From the NCBI GenBank assembly GCA_014377455.1, contig JACMPO010000021.1, positions 1,903 to 65,902 on the forward strand: DNA of 64,000 nt, read 5' to 3'. Positions 36,741 to 46,861 of this stretch are shown one piece after another. Under the pieces are notes generated by a model. It had not been told where the DNA came from. It saw only the letters and a program-made list of their open reading frames with translations, and ran no database searches. Origin of the DNA: Flavobacterium sp. GTDB taxonomy: Bacteria > Bacteroidota > Bacteroidia > Flavobacteriales > Flavobacteriaceae. A program made the translations under genes and the position numbers. Numbering within the stretch: the first letter of the stretch is position 1; the number at the start of each line of letters is the position of its first letter.

Positions 36741-37879
36741 TTTTTATCTAAAATTGATTTGTAAAATTCTAAGTTTTGGTTTGCAATTTGAACAATATCA
36801 AAAGTAGTTTCAACACGTTTTCTTGCCTCAGTACCTATGGAATTTGTCAAATTTCTGTCATTTAACAAATTAATGATTTTGTTTGCAAACTCTGTATGAT
36901 TTTTGGGGTGTACTAAATAGCCACTTTTGGAATCTTCAATTAGTTCATTTGCCCATCCAATATTGCTATTTACAACAGGTTTATTCATTGCCATAGATTC
37001 TATAGTAACCATTCCTAGAGTTTCAGCAAAAGTAGGAAAAATACATACGTGCGCTTTTTTTATCTGTTCTTGGACTTCATGATAGGGAATTTTTCCTAAA
37101 TAAGTTACGTCCATGTTTTTAAATTCTTCTTTTAAAATTTTCCAAGTAGAATTAGAGTTTGTTTGTAAATCAGAGGCATCACTTCCTATTAAAATCAGTT
37201 TTGCATTTGAATGCTGACTTAGTACATTTTTTAAAATAAATGGAAGCTCAAAAACTCCTTTTTTCCGAATTAAAGTCCCTATATATAAAATTTGTCCTTG
37301 GGCATAATCATTCGGATTGGGGTTTAAAAATTTATCCAATTGAAGTCCATAATGAATTGTTTTTATTTCTTTATTTTTAATTTTAAAAAGTTTTTTAGAT
37401 AACTCACCTGCAAAAAAAGTAGGTGCTATGTAGGCTGTTGCTTTACTAATAGCTAATTTTTCAAAAAAATTATTCTTAAATTTTTGTTTGCGATTTTCCA
37501 AATGACAAAAATAAGTATCACTGCCATGAAATCTTATTATTAATGGGATAGTAAAATTCATAACACCACTAAAACCAGTCCAATCTGGAGCTTCTATTAT
37601 GTCAATTTTGTCTTGAACGACTATTTTATTAATATAATTTTGAACTTTTTTATTGTAAAAATACCAAGTCCCAGCAATATAGTTTTGTTGCTTTATAAGA
37701 TGAATGTTAACTTCATTTTCAATAATTATTTCATCTTTTTCTTGACCATATACAAAAACAGAAATTTTGTTTTCAGTCTCCGCTAAAGTATCAACTAAGT
37801 TTTTAATACTCGTTGCAATTCCTGCAGCTGCGGTAACATTTGCATGAGGATATTCTGGTGTTAGGAAAGCGATATGCAT
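36737..37879 (-). CDS. Glycosyltransferase family 4
   Basis: HIAFLTPEYP; FAETLGMVTIESMAM. ATG 37879 preferred. Confidence 0.92.
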   Translation of the reverse strand: MHIAFLTPEYPHANVTAAAGIATSIKNLVDTLAETENKISVFVYGQEKDEIIIENEVNIHLIKQQNYIAGTWYFYNKKVQNYINKIVVQDKIDIIEAPDWTGFSGVMNFTIPLIIRFHGSDTYFCHLENRKQKFKNNFFEKLAISKATAYIAPTFFAGELSKKLFKIKNKEIKTIHYGLQLDKFLNPNPNDYAQGQILYIGTLIRKKGVFELPFILKNVLSQHSNAKLILIGSDASDLQTNSNSTWKILKEEFKNMDVTYLGKIPYHEVQEQIKKAHVCIFPTFAETLGMVTIESMAMNKPVVNSNIGWANELIEDSKSGYLVHPKNHTEFANKIINLLNDRNLTNSIGTEARKRVETTFDIVQIANQNLEFYKSILDKK

Positions 37880-37883
37880 GATT

Positions 37884-39281
37884 TTATTGAGCAATTATTT
37901 TTTGAATTCCATCCCAAATTCGCATGGAAGCATGTTCTGGTGGATGTTGATTGATAACTTTAAACCAATTTTTTGCTTCATCTACAACAGCAGTATTGCT
38001 TTGTAATAAACTTTCAATTTTAGTTGCTATCTCATTTGCATTATTTAACCAAACTACTGCTTCCTTAGTTGGCATCGATCTAAAATGAATATATTTATAA
38101 CACTTATGAATACTCCAAAGTTTATCAATCATTTCAGATTGATTGTAGTTGAAATAAGCACAAGGTTTACCAAACGACACAAAATCAAAAACCATCGATG
38201 AACCTAAATTAACAACCAATTCTGAATGGAATGCGATATTTGATAGCAAAGAAACATCATTTGGCGTTGGCAAAATGGTATCCCAAGCAAAATTTGTATT
38301 TTTCCAATCGGGATCAATAGCAACTATTGTAGAAGCGAATTTATTAAGCACTTTATTATATCGACCTGAAAAATCGACAGGACATTTTCTGAAAATTATG
38401 CCTAAGTTGTGACCCTGTGAATTTAAGGTTGTAATTGCATTGGCAAAATCTTCCAAATACTTTGGATCATCTGGCGAAGTAGTGATATCGTCTCCAGAAA
38501 AACACACATACTTTTTATTCAAATCTAAATTATACTTTTTAAAAAAAACATCTTTTGGAATAATGGTATTAACATCAAAATGATTTTCAAATTGTGGCGT
38601 TCCCGTTATAAAAATTAGATTTTCATTTATATAAGGATAATAATACAGTAGTTGCTTTTTCATTAATTCACTCCAAACAAAATAATAATCGGTCTCGATA
38701 ACCATCGTTGCTTTAGGCAAATTATCCCAAGAAAAAATAAAAGTCGCTGTTGGGATTTCTAAATCTTGTGCTGCGAGTATGGGAGCAATTGCAATTACAG
38801 GTCTCTGATTAGTACAAAAAACTATTGTTGGCTTTTCTGCTTTTAAAGTTTCTTTACAAGTTGTATAATACTGAGTCGTTCGCTCTTGTTTTTTTATACG
38901 ATCTCTAATTTTTTCTAATCCATGCGGCGTAGAATTAAAATAAATTACTAGTTTGGTTAACGTATTTTTGACAAATCCTTTAAAATTTTTGGAAACAAAT
39001 GGGAATCGATAACCATTATACGTTTTATCGTTTTCTTTTTCAATAAATAAATTTAGTTCGATATGCTTTCTAGCATTTTTTAAAACATCTGTAAACCATT
39101 GTGTTTTGGGATTATTGATTTTAATTTCATTAAATCCCAAGGAAGACAGATCAAAAGGAGTACTGTTCCAAAAAACGCTTTTAAAACCTAATTCTTCACC
39201 AATAGGCACAAATTTTGAATAAGCAAAGTTGCGTAATCCAATTCCGTCGGGCAATAAAATAAATATTTTTTTAGTGTTCAT
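37884..39281 (-). CDS. GT-B-like hypothetical glycosyltransferase (candidate nonulosonate transferase)
   Basis: SWDNLP..., YFVWSE, ITGTPQFE, FRKCP, VVNLGSSMVFD. Resembles GT-B/TagF-like folds but has no GT4 or GT2 motif. Confidence 0.55.
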   Translation of the reverse strand: MNTKKIFILLPDGIGLRNFAYSKFVPIGEELGFKSVFWNSTPFDLSSLGFNEIKINNPKTQWFTDVLKNARKHIELNLFIEKENDKTYNGYRFPFVSKNFKGFVKNTLTKLVIYFNSTPHGLEKIRDRIKKQERTTQYYTTCKETLKAEKPTIVFCTNQRPVIAIAPILAAQDLEIPTATFIFSWDNLPKATMVIETDYYFVWSELMKKQLLYYYPYINENLIFITGTPQFENHFDVNTIIPKDVFFKKYNLDLNKKYVCFSGDDITTSPDDPKYLEDFANAITTLNSQGHNLGIIFRKCPVDFSGRYNKVLNKFASTIVAIDPDWKNTNFAWDTILPTPNDVSLLSNIAFHSELVVNLGSSMVFDFVSFGKPCAYFNYNQSEMIDKLWSIHKCYKYIHFRSMPTKEAVVWLNNANEIATKIESLLQSNTAVVDEAKNWFKVINQHPPEHASMRIWDGIQKIIAQ

Positions 39282-39289
39282 TTTTAAAT

Positions 39290-40135
39290 TTATAAACTTC
39301 CTATACGACCGTGATCGGAAAAATATCTCTTTACAATGAAATCCTTATCCAAAGGTTCTTCTGATAAAAAAGTAATGTCACAAAATTTGTTTTCTTCAAC
39401 TGGATTTAATCGCCAGGGAACAACAGATTTATAATCTAAAACCCAATTATTTTTTTCTAAATCTTTTATCTGTAAATCATTCCATGAAGTAATGTAATCT
39501 ATCCAATTATACCCTATTTCCCACGCTTGATCTTCCAATTCTTTACAATTTTGAAAACTTATGATACGCAAACCTCCTACAATTTCTTGACTTACCGCTG
39601 CTGATTCATCGCGTAAAACAATTCCTTTTAGCGATGGTTGATTAAAATAATGCTTAAGTTCATTATTATCAATTTTATATTTAGGAGTTAATTTTATTTC
39701 TATTTTACTACATACAGCATCAAAACTTTTATCATTACAATTTGGATTTATTTTTACATACCGAACTAAATCGTGGTATCTAATCCATCTCATATTTCGG
39801 TACAATCCTAAACCAGCTTCGTTTGCAGCGGTAGCGCCAAGTGGGAAATAGTTTCGTGCTAAAGCATATAATCTTGACAATATGCCTTTGCCTCTGCATT
39901 CTTCAGTTAAATATACATTGATAATCCAAGCAATTCCTCCCTGAAAATTTGCTCCAACATGCCCAACGATTTCTTCATTTTCGTTTAAACTTATAAATGA
40001 TCTGCCAAATTTTGCATCTCCATACTGCCATTCCCAAAAAACTTGAGAATGCAATGGATGATTGTTACGGTAAATAATCTTGAAAAAAGTTTCTAATTTG
40101 CTCCAGTCAGCAATTGTTGCTTCGCGTGTTATCAT
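39290..40135 (-). CDS. GNAT family N-acetyltransferase
   Basis: FWEWQY; IVGHVG; INVYL.EECRGKGI (acetyl-CoA loop); ANEAGLGLY. Confidence 0.75.
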   Translation of the reverse strand: MITREATIADWSKLETFFKIIYRNNHPLHSQVFWEWQYGDAKFGRSFISLNENEEIVGHVGANFQGGIAWIINVYLTEECRGKGILSRLYALARNYFPLGATAANEAGLGLYRNMRWIRYHDLVRYVKINPNCNDKSFDAVCSKIEIKLTPKYKIDNNELKHYFNQPSLKGIVLRDESAAVSQEIVGGLRIISFQNCKELEDQAWEIGYNWIDYITSWNDLQIKDLEKNNWVLDYKSVVPWRLNPVEENKFCDITFLSEEPLDKDFIVKRYFSDHGRIGSL

Positions 40136-41046
40136 CCTTTATAGTTTTTTCCGCCTACTAAATCATTACAATCAAATCGCTTTAATTCCAATAAATTTTC
40201 GGAACCAGTATTATCACCAACTTTAGTTGTAAATCCTAATTTATAACCACTTTTTACTGCCAATTCGGCAACTAATGGAGTTACTGCTTTTTCTGTTCCG
40301 TAGGGATAAGAGACGTTATGAATCTTTGAATTTGTCAAATTTTCAAAATAATTTTTAGAATTTGTTAATTCAAATAAAATCTCAGTTTCGTTTAGCGTTC
40401 CTAGTGGAAAATGACTGTGATTGTGACTTCCTAAATAATTTTTAGAAGCTAAATACTTCAAATCGCTTTGAGACATGTAGAGCTCATTCAAAACTTGTTG
40501 TTCATCAAAGTGATTGTTAAATAATGTATTTATAACTAATTCTTGTTGTTCCAAATTCAGTTTAAAATTTAATATATATTTCAATAAACCGTCTTCTTTA
40601 GTATCAAATCTACACGTTGCAAGCGCATTATTTCTATCATTTTTATCAGATTGAATTGAAAATTCATTTTGAATCGATTTCAGAATAATATTGGAATCAA
40701 TTATCGAGCTAATAAGGTGAATTTTGTGAACTGTACTGACTTTTTTTTGCTCAAAATTAATAGAATTTGCAAAAAACAAAGCTGGAATTTGGAGTTCGTC
40801 TAGGATTGGTAAAGCTAAATCAATTTGTTCTTTTAATCCATCGTCAAAATTTATTAAATAGTAATTTTCTTTAGATTCTAAGATACTTTGCGTATTTTCA
40901 CTTACATCGTGGATTGAAATTAAAATTCCCATTTTTTTAAAAAGGAGTAACTGCTTTTTAAAATTAGCTGGAGTAATCCCAAAGATACTTGGAAATTTAG
41001 AATCAAAATTTGTCCTGATATAATGATAATTACTAACCGTAAGCAT
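40132..41046 (-). CDS. Polysaccharide deacetylase (CE4/NodB)
   Basis: NYHYIR; INFDDGL; LGSHNHSH; SYPYG; RFDCND. Confidence 0.88.
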   Translation of the reverse strand: MLTVSNYHYIRTNFDSKFPSIFGITPANFKKQLLLFKKMGILISIHDVSENTQSILESKENYYLINFDDGLKEQIDLALPILDELQIPALFFANSINFEQKKVSTVHKIHLISSIIDSNIILKSIQNEFSIQSDKNDRNNALATCRFDTKEDGLLKYILNFKLNLEQQELVINTLFNNHFDEQQVLNELYMSQSDLKYLASKNYLGSHNHSHFPLGTLNETEILFELTNSKNYFENLTNSKIHNVSYPYGTEKAVTPLVAELAVKSGYKLGFTTKVGDNTGSENLLELKRFDCNDLVGGKNYKG

Positions 41047-41137
41047 TTGCTACTTATTAAATGTCAAATATCAATGTTTATTTTTGAAGTAAAAAATTAT
41101 GAAACAATTATAACATCAACTTTAAACTAATTTAATT

Positions 41138-42262
41138 TTAATCCAATCCTAAAAACTGTTTTTGATGATTAATTTCCCACAAATTTGCATCCAATAATGT
41201 TTCTAAAAAAAGTGACGCACTATTACCCGAACCAAAATCAGTATCGGTTTTTTGCACTTGATGATTCGTAATATTTTGTAAGGCTTTTGCAATTTCTTCA
41301 TTGCTGTAATCCACATTAATTATATCTGCATGAACTGCTCTATTGAGTTGTCGGGTTCCGATGTTAATGATAGGAATTCCATAATAAGGTGCTTCTCGAA
41401 TGCCAGCGCTACTATTACCAATTATAAATTGAGCATTTTTAAGTAAAGTTAAAAAATATTCAAATCGCAAGGATGGAAAAATTCTAAATCGAGTATTATT
41501 TTTTAATTTTTGATAACTATCTATAATATATTTACTCCCCAAATCGTTATTTGGATAAATCACAATGTAGTTTTTATTATCACTAAGCAACGCTTCAACA
41601 AAATTTGTTGTGTATTGCTTCATTTCATTAACCTCAGTAGTTACGGGATGAAACATCACAATACCAAACTTGTCAAAATCTATTTGGTAGTACTTTTTTA
41701 CAGTTTCTAAAGTGGGTAAAACATTAGAAAACATGATGTCAATATCTGGCGAACCTATTGTAAATATTGTTGATTCCATTTCACCCATTTGCAATAAACG
41801 CTTTCCAGCTTCTTTATTGGAAACAAAATGAATATGACTCAGCTTAGAAACGCTATGACGAATTAACTCATCGACTGTGCCCGAAATTTCGCCACCTTCG
41901 ATATGAGCAACCAAAATATTATTTAACGATCCTACAATTGCTCCAGCTAAAGTTTCAACTCGATCACCGTGAACTACAATTAAATCTGGAGAAATGGTTT
42001 TACAATAACTCGAAAAACCTTCAATGGTTTTTGCTAACGTTAAATCCATAGTAGTTTCGTGAGTATGATTTTCAAACGTATGTACGTTTTTAAATTTACA
42101 ATTTTCTATTTCAATTACAGTATAACCGTACTCTTTTTGAAGATGCATTCCAGTAACGAAAACAAAAACTTCAAAATTTTTGTGCGTATCTAAAACTGAA
42201 ATTAACGATTTTATTTTCCCAAAATCGGCTCGAGTTCCTGTAAGGAAAAGAATTTTTTTCAT
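41138..42262 (-). CDS. neuC: Hydrolysing UDP-GlcNAc 2-epimerase
   Basis: TGTRADFGK, VTGMH, HGDRVE, HIEGGE.SGT.DE..RH, GNSSAG, IG.RQ. Confidence 0.95.
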   Translation of the reverse strand: MKKILFLTGTRADFGKIKSLISVLDTHKNFEVFVFVTGMHLQKEYGYTVIEIENCKFKNVHTFENHTHETTMDLTLAKTIEGFSSYCKTISPDLIVVHGDRVETLAGAIVGSLNNILVAHIEGGEISGTVDELIRHSVSKLSHIHFVSNKEAGKRLLQMGEMESTIFTIGSPDIDIMFSNVLPTLETVKKYYQIDFDKFGIVMFHPVTTEVNEMKQYTTNFVEALLSDNKNYIVIYPNNDLGSKYIIDSYQKLKNNTRFRIFPSLRFEYFLTLLKNAQFIIGNSSAGIREAPYYGIPIINIGTRQLNRAVHADIINVDYSNEEIAKALQNITNHQVQKTDTDFGSGNSASLFLETLLDANLWEINHQKQFLGLD

Positions 42263-42264
42263 TT

Positions 42265-42924
42265 CTACTTTACGATATAGGAAATTGCGTGAGAAAAAGG
42301 CAACTTTTTTATGGATGCTTTATTATTAAAAAAATCATCAACCGCTTTGTTAGTTCCTGCAAAAGCGCCATAATCGTCAAAAATTATGATACCACCAGTT
42401 GTAACTTTATCATATAATTTTTCTAAAATAAGTTTTGAAGGTTCGTATAAATCTACATCAATATGTAAAAGTGAAATTTTTAAATGCGGATTTTTTTCTA
42501 AATAATCATTCAAAGTCACCAGAATATCACCTTTTATAATGTCAACATTTTTATTTAAACCTTGTGCTTCTAAAAGTTCATTAATCTCTGAATAGGAAAT
42601 ACTTTTTCCACCATTTGTTTCAGTAACAAATGCATCTCTTTTATCTTTATCTTGTTCAAAATTTGCCTCTGGAAAATCTCCAAATATGTCAAAACCAATT
42701 ACTTTTCGACTGTTAGTTTGCTCCAATAAATCTCTAAATTTGATCCATCTGAAAAAGGAATTTCCTTTAAATATACCAAACTCAACAATTTCGCCACGAA
42801 CAGTTGCTGTTTGCTTAAAAAATTCCAAATGAGTTATAAATTTACTAAAACGCGATGGATCTGCTGTTGCATAAAATCCGTTTTCATACTCAAATTTTTT
42901 ATTTAGGTCATATAATTTTTCCAT
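42265..42924 (-). CDS. TylF/MycF/NovP-family O-methyltransferase
   Basis: GEIVEFGIFKG; ISLLHIDVDLYEP; GGIIIFDDY. Confidence 0.85.
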   Translation of the reverse strand: MEKLYDLNKKFEYENGFYATADPSRFSKFITHLEFFKQTATVRGEIVEFGIFKGNSFFRWIKFRDLLEQTNSRKVIGFDIFGDFPEANFEQDKDKRDAFVTETNGGKSISYSEINELLEAQGLNKNVDIIKGDILVTLNDYLEKNPHLKISLLHIDVDLYEPSKLILEKLYDKVTTGGIIIFDDYGAFAGTNKAVDDFFNNKASIKKLPFSHAISYIVK

Positions 42925-42926
42925 AT

Positions 42927-43973
42927 TTATGCGTTTTTAAAGTCTGTAAAATCTAATTGTTCATCATTAGCTATAGCTCGAGTCGTTACTTTCCCCAATA
43001 AAGTGTTGTAATGTTCCGCCAGTATTTTTCCTGTTCCAGGACGTTTGACCCAAATATTTTCTTTGGTCAAAATTTCTCCTACTTTAATTTCTTTTATGGA
43101 ACAAACTGTTGCAAAAGCAAAATCAATAGTAACTTGCTCTTCTTGAGCTGGTTCTTTAATTCCGCCGCGCATTTGCCAAATTTCATTAGAAGATATTATA
43201 AGGTCACTACACGCTTTTTCATCCATACTACACACTATATCTGGTCCAGTTCGATGCAATGTATCTGTAAAATGACGCTCTAAAATACTTGCGCCTAAAG
43301 CCACAGCACCTAAACAAGCATTGTTATTTAAAGTATGGTCAGATAGTCCAAAAACAGTATTTGGAAAAGCTTTGTGCAACTGCATCATTGCGCCAAAACG
43401 TACCAAGTGTATTGGTGTAGGATATAAGTTTGTTGTGTGCAAAAGTGCAAAAGGAATGTTGTTTTTTTTGAAAATGGCAACTGCTTTTTGAACACTCTCA
43501 ATAGTATTCATTCCGGTGCTTAAAATTATAGGTTTTCCAAAACTGCAAATATGTTCTAATAAAGGATAATTGTTGCATTCGCCAGAACCAATTTTATAGG
43601 CGGGAATATCAAAATTTTTCAATCTATCGGCAGCAGCCCTCGAAAAAGGCGTTGAAATAAATATCATTCCCAAACTTTCAACATAATTTTTAAGCTCCAG
43701 TTCCTCACTTTCGTTTAACGAACACCGTTCCATTATTTCGTAAATAGATACTGTAGCATTTCCTGGAATAACTTTCTTTGCTGCGCCACTCATTTCATCT
43801 GCAACAATATGGGTTTGATGTTTTACAACCTCAACACCAGCTCGTTTTGCGACATCTACCATTTGCTTTGCAACCTGCAAAGAACCTTCATGGTTAATTC
43901 CAATTTCAGCTATAACAAGAGGTGGAAAATCGGCTCCTATTTTTCGCCCAGCAATTTCTATATATGGATTCAT
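42927..43973 (-). CDS. neuB: N-acetylneuraminate synthase with C-terminal SAF/antifreeze-like domain
   Basis: [43 protein letters not shown]; VKRPG.G in SAF domain. Confidence 0.96.
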   Translation of the reverse strand: MNPYIEIAGRKIGADFPPLVIAEIGINHEGSLQVAKQMVDVAKRAGVEVVKHQTHIVADEMSGAAKKVIPGNATVSIYEIMERCSLNESEELELKNYVESLGMIFISTPFSRAAADRLKNFDIPAYKIGSGECNNYPLLEHICSFGKPIILSTGMNTIESVQKAVAIFKKNNIPFALLHTTNLYPTPIHLVRFGAMMQLHKAFPNTVFGLSDHTLNNNACLGAVALGASILERHFTDTLHRTGPDIVCSMDEKACSDLIISSNEIWQMRGGIKEPAQEEQVTIDFAFATVCSIKEIKVGEILTKENIWVKRPGTGKILAEHYNTLLGKVTTRAIANDEQLDFTDFKNA

Positions 43974-43981
43974 GTTTTGAT

Positions 43982-44650
43982 TTAAAGTGTTGTTATATTT
44001 TTTTGATATAGATAATTTGCATAATCTAAATCTTCCTGAGTATCAATATCAACCGTTGCAAAAATATGATTTAATCTGTAGGGAAATGATTTTTCTGAAA
44101 TAAGATTTCCCTTCATTATTGCTTCTGATTTAGCAATATAAATTAATCCGTTTTCATAATAAAGTGGTTTCAAGTCTTGACTTCGCTGTCCAATTTTATA
44201 ATTGCTTGGCACAAAAATATTGTTTTTGATTGTTCCAAGTTTATGATGATTTCTAGAAACTGTAAACAAACTTTCACAATTGAATTCTGAAAAAATTTCA
44301 AAACAATCACTTAATAAAGCATCAGGTCTTAAAGGATTTGTGGCTTGAAGTAGTACAACATTTTCTACTTTATGATTTATAGATTGCAAAACATGTTGTA
44401 CCGCCGTAATCGTGGGTTCTAAATCGCCAGAAATTGCACTTGGCCTATCAATTACAATTGCACCATATTCTGTAGCAATTTTTTTAATTTCTGAATCGTC
44501 TGTTGAAACGTAAACGGCATCAATACAATTTGAATTTGCTTTTGCATATAATATACTATGCACCAGAAGTGGCATGTTACCTAATGGCAAACAATTTTTA
44601 TTAACTAATCTTTTAGAACCGCCGCGTGCAGGAATTACAGCAATTGTCAT
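43982..44650 (-). CDS. neuA: CMP-nonulosonate (CMP-Neu5Ac) synthetase
   Basis: [13 protein letters not shown]; VSTD; LLQATNPLR; YYENG..Y; DIDT.ED. Confidence 0.93.
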   Translation of the reverse strand: MTIAVIPARGGSKRLVNKNCLPLGNMPLLVHSILYAKANSNCIDAVYVSTDDSEIKKIATEYGAIVIDRPSAISGDLEPTITAVQHVLQSINHKVENVVLLQATNPLRPDALLSDCFEIFSEFNCESLFTVSRNHHKLGTIKNNIFVPSNYKIGQRSQDLKPLYYENGLIYIAKSEAIMKGNLISEKSFPYRLNHIFATVDIDTQEDLDYANYLYQKNITTL

Positions 44651-45744
44651 GATAAATTAAATTTAGCATTTTCAATAATTACATTCATTCCTTGACACCA
44701 ACTTTGAGTCGAATATAAATTTTTTGGAACTTCAAAAAGTGTTGTATTGTTGCTTAGATAATCTTCAATAGCATCACTCCACGATTGAATAAAATGAGGA
44801 TTTTCAATTAATTTTCCCAACTTTCCATACTGCAAAACTTCGGGAACACCTCCAATTGCTGATGCAATGCAATAATTGCCACAATGCAAAGCCTCAATTA
44901 ATGACAATCCAAAACCTTCGTGCCATAAAACTGGGAAAAGATAAACATCTGAAATCTGAAAATATTTTGGCAAATCATCGTTTGGGATTTTTCCTAAATA
45001 ATGAACTCCTTCACTTGTTGCTTTTTTCTCAGCACCAATAACTAAAAGTTCACAATCACTATGTTGTAGATAAATTCGTTTCCAAGCATCTAAAATAAGA
45101 TTTAATCCTTTTTTGGGTCGATCCTGTGAACACCACACAAATATTTTTTTAGCCTTAAATCCTAATTCTGATTTTAATTTCTGTTTTTCTGATTCTGAAA
45201 TTTTAAAAAATTTATTGGTATCAATACCGTTGTGCAAAACTGAAAATCTACAAGGTAAAATAGTATAATAATTCTTATGTGCAAGATACGAATCGTTTGT
45301 TAAAACAATCATTTCATCGACAGCTTCATAAAAAAACCGTCCATGAAAATTTTCATGAAAAGGAGTGAAACCGTGATAAAAAAATTGCAAATAACACCGT
45401 TTTCGTAAATTAAACTTTATAAGAAAATTGTTCAAAGGCTCTACTAATCCGTGATTATCTATTACTTGAATTATGAATTTTTCTTCACTATTCTCAACAA
45501 GTATTTTTTTTAATTCATTTAAATAAATGACATACTTATTTTTTGAAACTCTTTTTTCTATTTTCAACTTAAAAGTTGATTTCACAATGCCATATTTAAC
45601 ATTATCAAAATAATATTCAGGCTGTTTACAAATTAAAAAGTCTATTTTATGATTGGATGCAAAATAATTTTTATAAAGCGTTGTCCAACTTCCTATATGG
45701 GAATAAGGCAGAGGCACTTGTGAAATTAAAATTACTTTTGACAT
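44647..45744 (-). CDS. Glycosyltransferase family 4
   Basis: LHNGID; WHEGFGLSLIEAL...GGVPE. Confidence 0.9.
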   Translation of the reverse strand: MSKVILISQVPLPYSHIGSWTTLYKNYFASNHKIDFLICKQPEYYFDNVKYGIVKSTFKLKIEKRVSKNKYVIYLNELKKILVENSEEKFIIQVIDNHGLVEPLNNFLIKFNLRKRCYLQFFYHGFTPFHENFHGRFFYEAVDEMIVLTNDSYLAHKNYYTILPCRFSVLHNGIDTNKFFKISESEKQKLKSELGFKAKKIFVWCSQDRPKKGLNLILDAWKRIYLQHSDCELLVIGAEKKATSEGVHYLGKIPNDDLPKYFQISDVYLFPVLWHEGFGLSLIEALHCGNYCIASAIGGVPEVLQYGKLGKLIENPHFIQSWSDAIEDYLSNNTTLFEVPKNLYSTQSWCQGMNVIIENAKFNLS

Positions 45745-45767
45745 TAATTTAAAATGAGTTACTTAAA

Positions 45768-46850
45768 TTATTTTTGAATTCGAAATTTTATCGATTTTTT
45801 ATCTTCAGAAACTTTATAAAAGTAATTATAATTGTGATAAAACGAAATTATATGAAGCAAAACCGCATCATTTACTTCTTTAAGCGAATAATATTGTGGA
45901 ACCGATTTTTTAAGCCATTTTTTCGCAAGTCGTTTTAACGAATTTTTATCTTGATCTTCAATGAATTCAACCGAAATTATTTGGTTTTGAATGCTTGGCA
46001 ATTCAGAAAACAAAAAGTGATCAATATTTTCTTTTTTGATGATTATTTTGATTGTTTCAGAATGGTTATTTAAAGTTTCAAAATCATGTTTAGTTCTAAT
46101 TTCACCCCATTTTTTATTTACTATGGTTCGTAAATTGACTTTATTATATATTAATCTTGCTTGATTTATTTTAGAAATTGCATTGATGCGCAAATCGCAC
46201 GATAGTTTTGAACTTTCTGCTTTGCGATAAATTTCGTGCCACTGATGCACCATTAAAACTTCTTGATTATAAAAAATTTCTTCCAATCCAAAAGTTTTTA
46301 ACCGGTTATGGATATCTTCATCTTCTGCACCCCAAAAATGCAAAAATTCGTCAAATCCATGAATGTCCTTTAAAGCTTGAGTAGGAAATAAAGACAAACC
46401 TTGAGCACCAGCCTGACTTTCAAAACTTATTTTATAATTTTCAAATGAAGTATCTTTTTCAGATGCTGCTTGATTTAAAAATCCAACTTTGAAATAAATT
46501 GATTTTGTGGGACTTTTAATGGCATGCAATGTGGAAACAAAATTTTCTTTAAAAATCATGTCAATATCAGCGACAAAAACATATTCTGTCTCTACTAATT
46601 TTAATCCAATATTGATTGCTTTTGCCCGAGACCACGGTTTGTTTTGATGATATGAATATTGATATTTAACAAAATCAAAATTCTTTAATTCAGATTGAAT
46701 TTGTTCAGAAAAAGTAGTGTTAGAACCAAAATCGATGAACAAAACGTTAAAATCTACATTAGTTTGATTTTGCAATGACAACAAAGATTTACTCACTCGA
46801 GAACGGTCTTTATCTTTGTAAACATATAAAATAGTCAACGAGTTTTGCAT
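45768..46850 (-). CDS. Glycosyltransferase family 2 (GT7-C-like WGxED motif)
   Basis: IDFGS; WSRAKAINIG; ADIDMIF; GFDE...WGAEDED. Confidence 0.88.
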   Translation of the reverse strand: MQNSLTILYVYKDKDRSRVSKSLLSLQNQTNVDFNVLFIDFGSNTTFSEQIQSELKNFDFVKYQYSYHQNKPWSRAKAINIGLKLVETEYVFVADIDMIFKENFVSTLHAIKSPTKSIYFKVGFLNQAASEKDTSFENYKISFESQAGAQGLSLFPTQALKDIHGFDEFLHFWGAEDEDIHNRLKTFGLEEIFYNQEVLMVHQWHEIYRKAESSKLSCDLRINAISKINQARLIYNKVNLRTIVNKKWGEIRTKHDFETLNNHSETIKIIIKKENIDHFLFSELPSIQNQIISVEFIEDQDKNSLKRLAKKWLKKSVPQYYSLKEVNDAVLLHIISFYHNYNYFYKVSEDKKSIKFRIQK

Positions 46851-46861
46851 TTAATTTAGAG

